Below are positions 25,531 to 38,165 of a stretch of 63,779 nucleotides of DNA, piece by piece. Origin of the DNA: Rhynchobatus australiae (taxonomy: Eukaryota); assembly GCA_034780895.1 (NCBI GenBank), contig JAUZTB010000076.1, positions 48,739,475-48,803,253 of the forward strand, written 5' to 3'. Both the position numbers and the translations under genes were made by a program. The stretch's first letter is position 1; every line of letters starts with the position of its first letter. Below the pieces are notes generated by a model that saw only the letters and a program-made list of their open reading frames with translations, searched no databases and was not told the origin of the DNA.

Positions 25531-27284
25531 TGAAAGAGTGGTGAAAAATTATATGGTGCAAAGTAAAATGAATAGCCTCAGATCCTCTGCAGGCAAAATA
25601 TAACTCAGAGTAACCCGATGAAATTTATATGGTTGCTTTCATTTAACAGGGAAAGTTTGGTAAGTGGGATGATTGAACTTTCACCAGTATGTAATTTTAA
25701 ATCTAACTGGAAGAACAGATTTAGTTGACAAAGCGGTGCAGTGCTTATCTAAAATTGGAAAGAAATGATTTGTGCCTATTTTATATCTTAGTTTGGTCAG
25801 TATGATCTGAACTAATCAGGGAGATGTCACAGTGGAAATAATTTACTGTGAAAAGTAAAGAAAATGAGTGCACGTGATGAGCTTGGCTTAAAATAACTCT
25901 TCATTATCTGACAGACATAATTATTCAGTGACAGAACAGCAGAGTCTGACAACAGCAATATCTATTTAATTTACTGTCAAATCACAGGCACCAATTTGAT
26001 CAGACATCTAAGTGAGGCTGCAAGCTCTGTCATACCACCACCAGAGTCTAGTGTCCTTCTACCTTGCTCTCCTAATAATGGTATTTAAATTACAGACTTG
26101 TGGATGTTTCCCAGTCACAATAAAACCTCGGCATATTCTCCAGTCTCTCATTACAGTCTGTCTGTGCTGTAACAACCCTCTCATCTTCTTTTCATACTCC
26201 TCTGCCTTTAACAAATCAGATATTCAAGGTGCCTCAGTAGAATAGCAACTTCTCTTTCCCTCTTTGAGCCAGTATAGCAGCAATGTACATGTCTTATTCC
26301 AATCAGATTTTTATTTCCTTTTGAAGAGATTTGAGGAATACATAACAAACTCAAAGCAGCTTCTGTAAATTGCTGGTGTATTCCCTCATGGCGTTGCTGT
26401 ATAATTACAGGGGCCCACTGGAGGCTGTTCGACTTCTAGTGGTGAGAACTATTCAATCTGTGTTGCTGGCATTGTCTCTCGGCCTGCAAGTCCTGCTGTA
26501 CTGTGTGGTTTGCCTTGAGCGACAAAGGATAAATTTCCACCCCGTTATAGGATCACACCCAACCCATAAATGGATATCGGTTCCTGTCTCTGACTCCAAT
26601 CAAGGGCGTGCCTCTTGTTTCTTACCCCAAATTAGGCTTGGTATCTGTTTTGTCTCGGGCCTTCCTTTCAGTTCAGTTGGTTGTGTTACTCCTTAATGAT
26701 ATCTCCATGCCCTCCATCTTTTTCACTCTCTTCATTGCCTGTGTCACTGTCCTGTTGGGATAAATGGACTTGGGAATTAACGCAGCAGAGAGGATGCTTG
26801 CACACATCTCTCTTTCTGTTCTGTTTTACCCCATTGTGCTTTGTCCTGCTTATTCCCACACCATTTTCCCCAGCCGACTTCTTGCAGCATTTCCTACCCT
26901 TTGTTGCAGTTCACTCCCATTGGGTGGATGCTCCCAACACACATGCAACTTGCTTATGGCAGAGAGGCGAGAGGGAAGTGATGAGAGGATGGCATGGTTA
27001 CTGCTCACAGGTTCCTTTTCTGCAGCAGTGATAACCTCCCAAGAATTTTAGCCTTGATGAAAAGCCTCATACACTCTTGGTTCTGCTGCATACTTGGAGT
27101 TCAGGGTGTTCTTTTCTACTTGAAGGTTTGGCAAAGAAGTGTTGTTGTTGATTGAATATTTTAGTGGGGATGTAGTGGACTGAGTGTAAAGAGCTATCAT
27201 GGCTATATATTTTCTTTCTGCAGTATGATTGAATATGTATGAGGGGGTGTAGGACAGTTTTACGATAGAAGTACAACAGAAAAT

Positions 27285-27570
27285 CTCATCAGTTCTTTAT
27301 TAGTCACATGTACATGAAAACACAATGAAATGTATCTTCTGTGTAGAGTGTTCTGGGGGCAGCCCGCAAGTGTCGCCATGCTTCCGGCGCCAACATAGCG
27401 TGCCCACAACTTCCTAACCCGTACGTCTTTGGAATGTGGGAGGAAGCCGAAGCACCCGAAGGAAACCCACGCAGACACGGGGAGAATGTACAAACTCCTT
27501 ACAGGCAGTGGCTGGAATTGAACCTGGGTCTTTGGCACTGTAAAGCGTTACACTAACCGCTACACTATGT
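27285..27570 (-). mobile_element. tRNA-derived V-domain SINE, near full length and relatively young
   Basis: Minus strand has A box TAGTGTAGCGG (27557-27567), B box GGTTCAATTCC (27514-27524) and V-domain gtgggtttccttcgggtgcttcggcttcctcccacattccaaagac. Many CpGs are retained. Confidence 0.9.
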
Positions 27571-29009
27571 AAAGTGAAACATTGAAGAATCAGAAAACCT
27601 GAAGTGTTGTTACTATTATCTTGGAAATGATTTGAAAAATTCTTGCTACAGAAGGCAATTTTAGGTCTTGCAGTCACTTAAACCATTATGCTTTACAGCT
27701 GTCTGAAATCTAGTTAAAGCAGATTTAGTATCTCCCTGTTGAGTTTGTGGAAGATGTAGCCACATCATAACATTTCCAAAGCAGGAAGGGAAACTTGCAC
27801 TCCCATAGCCTCTGTATAAAACCTTCAAACCATTAACCAAGGTCATCTTTCATTTGAGTGATCGAAGCAGTGATCTTCATCAATTTTTAATTCTCTAGCA
27901 TCCTGTAGAATTAAGTTCTAGTATTGTTTTACTCTAAAGTTTTGGGTCACATGAGCAATTCAAAATTCCTTCGCATTGAACTTAATAAAATGCTCTAGCC
28001 TCCTGCTCAGAAAAGTAATTTCCTTCCACCAAGTCACTATTCCTACTTCAGGGAAAGTAGAGCACAATAATTCTTGCCTGAATTTTTCCAATAGAAGTCG
28101 TTGTATTGACTTGCCAATTTTGCACCTGTTTTAGATTTGAGCCTGAATTGAAGATGATCCATGCTGTATTGATTTGAACACTAGGGGAATAATTTGAGAA
28201 TTCCTTGGTTTCAGACTCCACTTAGTGTTAGGGTTTCACTGCATGCTTTCCCTTTTTTTTTGAAAAAAGACATATGCTTCTCAGTAAAGTTAGGAAAGTA
28301 GCCCCTGGGTTTCTAGCCTTCCTTGAATAACTTGGATTCAGTTCAGACATGCCCGTGTTTTAACAGGTTGCAACATGAGAATAATCAGCCTCCTGTAATT
28401 TACCCATCTCGGGTAAATTAGTTTCTGATGCCCACTAATTCTGGTACAGGTGTATACAAAGTCTAGCAGTGGGTGTCTCTTATCAAAATGTTGATGATGT
28501 TGTTGTGCCAGATGTTAGATGAAACCATTACTCTCCCCAAATGTCCCTGAGAAGTTTTACCCAACTCCTCCCATTCTGGCTGTGCCAGAAGCAGGGTATG
28601 AGCTGATTCTGCAAGTTTCCAGCCAACTGAGTGTGTACAGTTGGCCTCTGCTTAGGGTGAAAATGTTCCCGTCCCTTCTGAAAACCACCATAACCAGGAG
28701 CTGGCGATCGGCATATTATTACTCTTAAGTTCTTGCATAGGTCTTGTTTACCTGGCTTGGAAGGAAGTTACTGTAACCAGTTTCTACAAGGAAAGGACTT
28801 CCAGCCTCCAGAACTGCTCCTTCAAAGGGTCAATGAAATGGATAGGTCCTGGAGAACAAATTTGGTTATATTTTTGAGAAATACTTGCAAGAGATGGAGG
28901 TTCTAAAGGTTCTGAAGCAAAGTACTGACAAATACCTTCGTGGACTCTGTTGGGACTGGACTCTTATGTGGCTGTATAGAACAATTCAGGCATGAGCAAT
29001 ATGCCCACA

Positions 29010-29235
29010 GCCTATCAATATCCACTGGTCCCTCAAATCTTGTGGGATGAGTACTGGGCATCATGGGATTAATGGGATGTTGAAATCTTCCAGTGTATCA
29101 TTGTGACATTGGCAATGGTGCTAATGTGTTGCAGCTGACTCTGAACTACCTTCTGAAATGGCTTGGAGTCATTAAGTGATGGAGAGTAAGTTCTAGCCTT
29201 GCCAGTGGTTTTTCCCATCTTGTGAATAAATTTAA
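29010..29235 (+). mobile_element. Decayed SINE/LINE 3' end
   Basis: tgactctgaactaccttctgaaatggct...tagccttgccagtg...cccatc..gtgaataaattt resembles a common chondrichthyan retroposon tail (from recall). Confidence 0.4.
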
Positions 29236-31916
29236 GAACTTTCCAAGCTGAAATGAGTAGTTTGCACCGGTTAGCCTCAACACCATCCATAAAATGTGTT
29301 GCCCACAACCAATACTGCTCCAGTGGCAACTACCATCTTACAATCTAGAATTTTGCTCAGATTAATCAATAAACATGCTTGATTTACAATATGTCAGCCA
29401 CTTGGCCGTTCCCTTTTGCTCCATTCACTCGATTATGTTATTAATGTGTTGAAGTTTCAAATAAAGTTTGTTAAAGGTACAAGAGTCCAGAGAACCACTA
29501 TGATTGATGGGTCACTGGGCTAAAGTCTACTGCAAAACAATGAGGTTTCAGCACTTCTGAGTCAACTTGCAGTGTTACAAGTTTCACACCCATTAGCAGC
29601 TTTCTGCATTCATGTAGTTCCTCACCAGAGTCACTGTTTAAGAACACACTGATTGTTTGCTGTGTAAACGGTGTGCATTACACACACACTATTTTATGCT
29701 CTCGATTACATGTTACTTCACAATTGAATAATACATTAAGCAATGTGTGGCATCTTTTTAACCAGGAGCAAGTTCAAAATTTAACACAGAAGTTACATCC
29801 TAGAGGAAAAAAATTGGAAGCAAATTTCAACTTGATTGCCCAACATTTCCCAAAGTTTAAATTTTGTCCTTAGCAAAGAAGATGTCACAATACACTTCAA
29901 ATGTTGAGTGCCACAATTGGTAATGGAATTAAAGTCAGTATTACTGTACTAAATGGTGATGTTACAGTGTTCTGTGCCAACAACAAGCCAATGATACCCC
30001 ACAACTAAAATTAAATAATTGCAGACTTTTTTGCTTTAGCGTTGAAGTAGGCCTTGCATCACATTTACATTGAAGTAGGCCGGTGTATCAATTTTGTGAG
30101 GTGCAAGTTAACTGTGGACTGCATGGGTGATAAAAATGGAACTCCCAAAACCTTGTTTTCATGAAACTGCCTGAAACAATTTCTGTATTATGGAGTGTAA
30201 TCAAAATACTTGAAGTTTGCTCGCACTATTGGAACCAGTTATCATACCCATCCTTGACCACGTGGCAACTCTACAGATTTTAGTGCCTTTGTTGTCACAC
30301 CACATTGCTTGAGTCCAAATGCACTCCTTTTTATTACTTAATGGCTGCTTCTGAGTAAGTCATTCCTGGGTGATAGAAGTTTGAACATGTCAACCATGCT
30401 TCATTAATTTGGAATGTGGCCAGGGCCGATGATAATCAAGGCATTAACTCAATTTGAGACATTTTTCTGGAAGCATTGTGCACATGGCATGTTTTCCGAG
30501 GGTTACTGTTATTATCACTGATTTAACACTCTTTCAACAGTCACAACTAGCAAAATCATTTTAGCCTAAATGGTCCCGAACTTCAAAGGTTTTATTTGCA
30601 ACATTATCTTGCCAGAGGCCAAAGTTTCAGTCTTAACCTTTTCTAGACAAGTCAGCAGAAACACTTCAGATTTACACCTGGTCTATTGTATTTTTCCAAC
30701 AAAGAAAGATAATACAACATAGAGTCAACATTTCAAGGAGAAAATTTTTTTATGGAATGAAAGACGTTGCCCAAAAATCTGCCACCTTCAAATGTAAATT
30801 AAGCCTCCTGATCAGAGTACCAAATATCCATTAGTAATGGGAGTGGAAATACAGGAAAAATTCATAAAAGCATGCAACGCAGTACCTCAGGACACTTGTT
30901 TTCATTCCAATTTCTGACTCCTGTTCTGATGTGTAATGAAACACTTTTGTATTGCTTGCATGGAAGCAGACACACCTTGAAAATGAGAAGACTAAATCTA
31001 AGAGGAGCTTTCATTCCCTCAGTAATAGGCTCTGAGAGGTGGAGGAATTGATCGTGGGCAATCGAACCAAATTTGCAATTGGTGGTCCATTTCAAACCCT
31101 GTTTGATTCTTTCCTTAAGTCCATGGAGCAGATAATTGGGGTGAACAGTTAATGGAATATAGGACTTGGCCAATTTATTTTGGGATTACAACACAAAAAA
31201 AATTGCATTCCTACTGACTTCCCAGAATATGTTTGAAAGCAATTGTCTTTGGTGAGTGTTCATTGGTTCCACTGTAATATTTAAATACTAGATGACCAAT
31301 TCCATCTTCATCTCTACCTCGCCAAATAATAGCTTTGTTCTGAAATAGTTCCTAGCAACTCATAATAGCCCTTGTATGATGTGTGCCTGAGCATGTTTTC
31401 CCAAAATTTTGGGGTGAAATTAGATTTGGATGTGGACACACAGGCAGTATTACTTTGTTGATATACCTTGCCCAATCCTCCGTTTTATCCAATGGAAACG
31501 AATGTTGCATCTGTTCCATCATAAATGACAAAATGAGTCCATGTCATTATTCAAGTCCAATGTCACCTCTGCTATAATTAACATGGAACAATTAACACAC
31601 TTTGCCATATTCAAGTAGAGAAATGACACATGGGGCTCCCCTGCTGGCTGACGATTAGTTCCTGGATGAAAATAGTGCGTAGCCCTGGGTACAAGTGGAG
31701 CCTGTTTCTACTGTGAGTCACAGATGTGGTGAGACTATTTTCCCCGAAGGGAATAAGCTTGCTCGAACTTGATCTCATCTGTGAGCATCAGACTCGGAAT
31801 CACAATGGCATGGCAATGCTATTGGCTGTGGAGAGGGAGTTGAAAGATCCTCTCCCTACTATTCTCCTTAATCCAAGACTAAATAATTCAAGGATATAAA
31901 TCCTTGGAATTTATGT

Positions 31917-31951
31917 GGGGGGGGGGGGGGGGGGTGGGGGGGGGGGGGGGG
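31917..31951 (+). repeat. Poly-G tract (35 nt, one T)
   Basis: Direct inspection. Confidence 0.9.
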
Positions 31952-32439
31952 ATACCTGGTCTCCTGCTGTAACTTTGGCAGGAGAATGAGGAAATCTCAG
32001 AGCAAGATGTTTTGATCGAAGGACTAAAGAAAGGAAAGAAATTTTGGGAAGCAACTTGATTGCACCTTAAATTCACAATCATTAAAGATATCAGCCTATT
32101 TTTACCATGTTCTTAATTTTGTTATTTGGATCGATGAACATGGAATAAGTATGATTTTGGACAGTTTTGCACTGTACTATCAGGCACCCATTTTCATTTC
32201 CCTTTGCCCTCACATTCATCTTTCTCTGCTTACAGCTTACATTCTGTTAATCATCAAGGAACATTGCAACCACGTGAGAAATGAAAGTAAGCCAGCTGGC
32301 ATGTCTCGTTTGGGCATATAAATGAAACTTAGAGTTTCATTTGCCACCTACTTTGCCATCACCAGGAACAGGTTAATGGGACATCACAAACTCAGCACCC
32401 TATCCAAGTTGGCCTTTCTATTCTCTTCAAGTTGTACTT

Positions 32440-32720
32440 CTCAGGGGAGAGCTGATTGAAGTTTATAAAATTATGAGAGACATAGGAAAAGTAGATAGTC
32501 AGAGTCATATACTTGAGGACATGCATTTAAGGTGAGAGGGGGGTGAAGTTTAAAGGAGATGTGCAGGGCAAGTTACTTATTTTAAAACACAGTGAGTGGT
32601 AGGTGCCTGGAATGGGCTGACAGTGAATAGAGGACAATAGATCATGAAGAGGCAGAAGAGATTTAGTTTAATTCAGCATCGTGTTTGGCACAGACATTGT
32701 GGGCCAAAGGGCCTGTTCAT
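32440..32720 (+). mobile_element. CR1 (HER1-like) 3' fragment
   Basis: Reads LRGELIEVYKIMR, then tttaaggtgagaggg, and ends in tail gtgggccaaagggcctgttcatgtact. Confidence 0.85.
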
Positions 32721-33009
32721 GTACTTTACTTTTCGATGTCTGATGTTCTTCCCATAATCTGGGAAGGAGCAATTGGCATATTTGTCTGGCAGGATGTTTC
32801 TGCACTGTGATGCTGAAATTCAAGACTTTTCCAACCTAAAGCAGTGGAATCAATCTATCTTGGAATGATTGATTCCTGGAATGCTTTGTGGGGAAAATTT
32901 GTGTCATGCTGAAACTATGTTAAACCTGTTTGTCTGTATGTCTGACAAAAAGTTGGGAATAGATCATTGGGTTAATTAGTTCTCAGTGTGTTCACATCCA
33001 ACCTGACAG

Positions 33010-33270
33010 TTTGCATTCATGTACCATCTTGTATCGGAGTGTAAACAACCACAACATGAATTTTTGCATGCAATCAGACATAGTTTGGCACCAAGGAAAT
33101 TTAGGGCAGGTGACCAAAAACTTGAATAGAGATCAGTTTTAAGGAAGGCCTTGAAGGAAAAGGGGGCAATAAGGGCTCCTGATTAATAAAAGGGATTCCA
33201 GGGCTTGGGATCTAAACAGTTAAAAGTGAGGTGAAGAAAATGGTTAATGTTCAAGCAGCCAGAGTTCTGG
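33010..33270 (-). mobile_element. L2 3' end remnant
   Basis: gggcaggtgaccaaaaacttg...agagatcagttttaaggaaggccttgaagga...attccagggcttggg parallels the L2 3' end at about 560-680. Confidence 0.55.
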
Positions 33271-33701
33271 CTGGACAAGTCTTCCCCCAACCATTAGCCT
33301 CAGAGTGCAAAGTGATTAAGAACCGAAAAGACTCTGTCCATTTGTGTGCGTGTGTGTATCTGTATGAGTGTTGTGAACAATGCAGGAAGAAGATCAAAAC
33401 AATTTCCAATCACTTGCGAGACTAATATGCAATGTGACACTGGGACAAAGAAGGGCTTTATCGTGTTTATTTTCCATTAACTTAATGATCATTTTACATA
33501 TTTGCAGAGGAATGGGAGATTGCAGAACATCATATTGTACTTCAATGAAATTCATTTTGCTGCCACAGGTTTAATGAGGGCACCTTTGGTAAAAGCTGTG
33601 AAGTGGGACATTTCTTTGTTTATCTTGCGATGTAAAACATTATATTCAAAGGCCTTTTGAACCAGGTGAGGATTCTTTTCTGATTCAAAGTAAAGATGTG
33701 T

Positions 33702-34106
33702 ATTCAGTTTCACATGACAGAAGAGCTTGTATAATTTACATTCCTTTGGTTTTCTGATGGTCTTGATGTCTCTGCTCTCACAACTTGATGCACATCTACC
33801 AGCCTTCCACCCATCTCAACCAAGATTGTGATTTACCCCCACCCCCCACCCCCCAGCCCTCCCAAATTTCCAGTATATCAGATTGACATGCATTTGAACC
33901 TAAGTCAACAATAGGGATGCATGAGAAGGTTGATCCCTCCAACCCTAAACCCTGCAAGTCCATCATCTCTGCTGATTTCCATGGGGTCAATGTTGAGTAA
34001 GCAGCTATAAGGGCTTGCAAAAGTAAGCATTCAGTTTCAGGTATTAGAAGAACCTTTCTAATTTACATTCTTTTGGTTTTGCGATGGTCCTATTTCTCTG
34101 CTCTCA
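33702..34106 (+). repeat. Diverged ~79-bp direct repeat pair (33702-33780 and 34029-34106)
   Basis: Both copies read attcagtttca...agaaga...taatttacattcYtttggtttt..gatggtc...tctctgctctca. Confidence 0.85.
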
Positions 34107-37100
34107 AAAAGCTAAAGTCCATTTATGTTGTGTTGAGACTGAAAATGGTGTTCTTCCATGAAAAACCTGAATGAAGTAGTTATTTTTTTTAAAGGCGCAA
34201 GGGAATGAGTTACCTTGGGAGTTCCCTTTGGAACTCCATTGCAGAACTTTCGGGAGCCCTGATGAATGGCACAAAGTCTGCAAGGCCCTGCTGCCAAAGT
34301 TATCATGGCCCAGAGAGAGAGGACTTGTGCGGGTAAAGTCCTGGAAGGAAATGGACAAAAGGATTTAACTGCTTCTTGAATGCATATGCACCATTTGTTT
34401 CAACGGCCTTCAGTGATTAATTTATTCCGCAACATTGCGTGTCACAAGCAATTCTGCCTGAGTTGCCTCTTTATTTCAGCCTTGCCCCTGGGATTAGAAC
34501 TTCTCATCATCCTGAACCATTACACCATCTGTATCGTCTTGATGTTCTTACAGCTTTTACAAACTTCACTAGTTTGCTTGTAATTTCAGCAATGGCATCA
34601 CAAATAGTGCTCCTAATACTGGCACCTAACATAACACTACAGCTATGATTCATTGCTCTTGCTCCAACATCACTTCGGCAGTCTTTTGACAGAAATCAGT
34701 CATTAAGTTGAGTTAGGGAAGTTTTACGCTCGATGGAAATAAGATGCGCAAGATCATTAATCGTTTGGTTGCTGATTATTGAGGAAGTTCACGTTGCCCA
34801 GCAGGCTTATTACAAACTCGAGAGATCAAGCTAATTAAGCTCCCAGATAAGCAAACACATCCTCAGTCAGTGGCTGGGAAAGGGAGATGGAAACATTAAA
34901 CTTGCGTTTGCTTTTTGCACAGGAATAAGCACATACAAAATAACTGGAATGGTATGTCTCAGGATGTGCATAGAATCAATGTTCTTTAATGGGAAAGTGA
35001 ATGTTTGGGAATAAATAAGGTGGGGATGAAGTAAGGGCCACAAAAATGCCTGTGCAGATGTATTGAGCCAAAGGTCTGCTTCTGCATTCTAAATACTATA
35101 AGACTCGTATTTGGAGGGGATTGGTTAGATAAGACAAAAGGGACTGCTACAGAATAAAAGAGAAGGCAGCGGTGATACTGATGAGAGGTGATGTAATCAC
35201 TGCTTTATCCCATGGGAGAACTCAAGGAACAAAAGGTTTGAGTCTGTGAAGGGTCGGCTGCGGCAGCAGTACTCCCCCACTGGCCAGGAGGCAATGCTGC
35301 ATGGGACAATTTTGGATATCTTGAGTTAAGCCCAGCCAGCAGTTCTCCCAGTGAAATAAGACGATCTCTTTGCAGAGTGCCAGTAGCACAGTAGTTAGGC
35401 ATTTGATTCACGCATGTAGTGCTTGGTTTCTGTTCATGGAAACAATCCAACTGTGTGCATGTATGAGCGGTGTTGCCAGATCTCTCAACTGCTACACTGG
35501 GGCCTTCCCAGTTAGTTTTCAAATAGATCACAAAGAAGAAATTGCAAGCTTCTGCTTCAAACTTTAGCCTGCTGCTTGATTCTTGTTAGGTATTTCATTA
35601 TGTTGCGTTAGTCATGAATGAAATCATTCACTCATTCTCATAAATCTCTGCACAGAAGAGAGGCTCAAAAAGAGGAAAAGGGTTAGGACAATGTGAGTTC
35701 CAAAAAGCTGTCACTTGTGTGTTGAGAATCTCTCAGTTCAGCTGTGAAATAAAATTTATATTTTGTAGGTGAGTTGTGGTTTGTCGCGATGGAATGCAAA
35801 TCATACTTTGCAGTTTGCATTTGCTTCACCAAGAAATACTTCGAAGTTACTCAAGGTTTTGGAGGGAATGTTATGATGTAACTACTAGTCAATTGGCAGA
35901 AGTAGCCAGCTTTAAGAACGATTATCGCCCTGAATTATTATAATTGCCCTTTAGCTAGTTTTATCCTCTAATACTTGCCTGTTTTTTGTTCAGATGTCTG
36001 CCTGGTAAAGCAACTGATGTATAGTCTTATACCCCACCATTATATTTCACAATCTTGCTTCAGCTGCTGAATGTGAAACTTAATCGCACAACCTTTCTGA
36101 CAACAAGTAGCAGTTTAGCTAGAAGAAACTCCTTTTATATGCTCTGTGCTGTTGGTTGGGATCCTGAGTTCACACACAGATCACCAACATCAAGGCATTT
36201 CTATTTCTGGATTAAGTACAGTAATCTAGAATTTACCCATTTTGGTGCACTAAATGGGCAGAGTGTTTGCCCCAACATCATATTGGGCAACACCAAAAGA
36301 AATTGGGGCATCTTCAAGAAATTGCTCCCATGGTTTTTCCCCATTAATAAGCTTCAGAAGCCTCCTTGTGCAGTTGTAGACGGTGGTTGCTGCTCGGGCT
36401 CGGAGCAGCTGAATCACGTGAGGGGGGTCAGCATTGTTGAAGAGCTCCCTCCATGGCAACCATGCATCATAGAGATAAGGGAAACCAGGTGGGGGTGGGG
36501 GTTACTCAGGAAACTAGAGGGGGATGGAATCAAGATGTAGAGATGGATTATATGGTATAGTGTGTAATGGGGCACCCCTGGTCATGAGTAGCACAACTAG
36601 TGCCTGGGCCTTAAACAAGTCCTGAGCTGCAATCAGGTCAGTGCCACAGTGGTAGCCAGGGCCAAAGTTTGCAGCATTCAGTGTGCACAATGCTCTGATA
36701 TGTACTAGTGCTCCCTCTCTGTGAAAGGGTAGCACTTGGAAATCAATGTTAGGTAGTCAATGAAGATAATAACAATGTCCCAGGGGAGACCTTTTAAGTC
36801 ATGCATGATTCTTGACTTTCTGCATGGTTTATTCCGTTCTGCTCTGAGTGAGCAGTGAAGGTCATAAGTTTCGACCTTGTGATCCAGTCTCCATTGGTGA
36901 GTTGGAAACATGTGGCACGCATGTTGATGACCTTATTGCATGCACCAAGTAAGATGGGGAAGTGGCATCTGTGTGGAGGTGAATTGTGGCTCGATGCATC
37001 TGCCAAATTTCTGCTTGGGCAGGACCTTCACTAGAAGTGGTGCACACTTCAAAATGTCCACATTGCCTGATTTATGCGTTTAAAAAAAAAGGCACAATTT

Positions 37101-37834
37101 GTTTTTCTTCCTAATCAAGTTTTTTAGGCTTTCCTCTATCCTGTTCTGAGGGTCTCTCACTTTTGATCGCAGATAGGCACCGCTGCTGAACAAAATTAGG
37201 TGTCCCATTTCCAGTTCATCTGAATGATAACTCGTCCTCATGCTGAATTAGACACACTTTTGTGTTCTGGAATTGTGGCCACCAGAAATGCTTGAGACTG
37301 GCTAAGCTAAATTCTATCTGGACTGTTATAACAGGACAAAAGAGGAATCATTTAATCTTTCCATCTGGATGCATTTGAATGCAGGCAGTGTAGATAAAAT
37401 CCCATTATTAATCCATCCCAGCATCTAATTCCCTGAAATGATTTTGTTGAAGGACTTCACTGAATGATATTTAGGTGTGTACTTATCTGGAGTGTAAATG
37501 ACATTTATCCAGATGAGCTACCTGAACAGACTCAAAATATAACAATCCTAAAAATAAACCCAGAGATTCATATAGTTTCAGAAATACACACTTGTAACAG
37601 TAGACAAAGATATCTGATACAAGTTCATCAATGTACTTATCTGCCTCTGCTGCCTAGTACAGTTTCACCAGCTATTTTTCTAGAATGGAGTCTGAGTGTA
37701 TAGTACTCAGGACGTCACTTAGTCCAGTCCATGTGAACCACCTTAAACTCATTTTCCTTCTCTTTTTCCCAAATTCCAAATGTTTTGCAAATTTACTGAA
37801 TTCCTCAAATGCTATTTATACAAGTTGTCATTAT

Positions 37835-38165
37835 CAGCTTTAGTTGTGGTGACATTTTCACTTCTGAGTTGGTAAGTTCCAGGTCAGATTCCACTGCAGG
37901 GGAGTAAGCACCAAGGTTGTGGCTGCCTCTTCAATGCAGTATTGAGGGAGTTACCCCAGTCTCCTGGGCAATATTGACTCCCCACTCTACATTACTGAAA
38001 GCACAGACTATATGATCATTCTTCCTGTGAAAAATTTGCTGTGCATAAATTGGCTGTTCATTTGCAGCATTGCAAACAATGACTAAAGTTCACAAATACT
38101 TCAGTGGATGTAAAATGAAGTCCTGATAGGAATGCAGAAGGCATAAAATAAATGTATTCTTTCCT
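37835..38165 (+). mobile_element. Deu-domain SINE with internal deletion
   Basis: cttctgagtt...tgcagtattgagggagt...tcctgggcaatatt...tgctgtgcataaattggctg...tacttcagtggatgtaaa...ataaatgta. Confidence 0.6.

Noticed and set aside
27500-27570. tRNA-like A and B boxes
   Set aside because: This is the head of a SINE; it continues into a V-domain and tail, and no full cloverleaf is evident.
30042-30095. Two-copy ttgaagtaggcc repeat (similar small duplications at 2672-2709 and 57362-57380)
   Set aside because: Only two short copies; ordinary slippage duplication, not an array.
31917-31951. Poly-G as a functional G-quadruplex
   Set aside because: Homopolymer length is unreliable in assemblies and may be a sequencing artefact; no supporting context.
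7484-35190. Other CTGATGA motifs (about 7484, 15868, 19630, 21068, 34259, 35178) as hammerhead cores
   Set aside because: None is followed by a stem II and GAAA at suitable spacing.
36055-36540. 161-aa ORF, and a possible DNA-transposon relic at about 36250-37320
   Set aside because: No recognisable protein motif, non-ATG start, and no convincing terminal inverted repeats.
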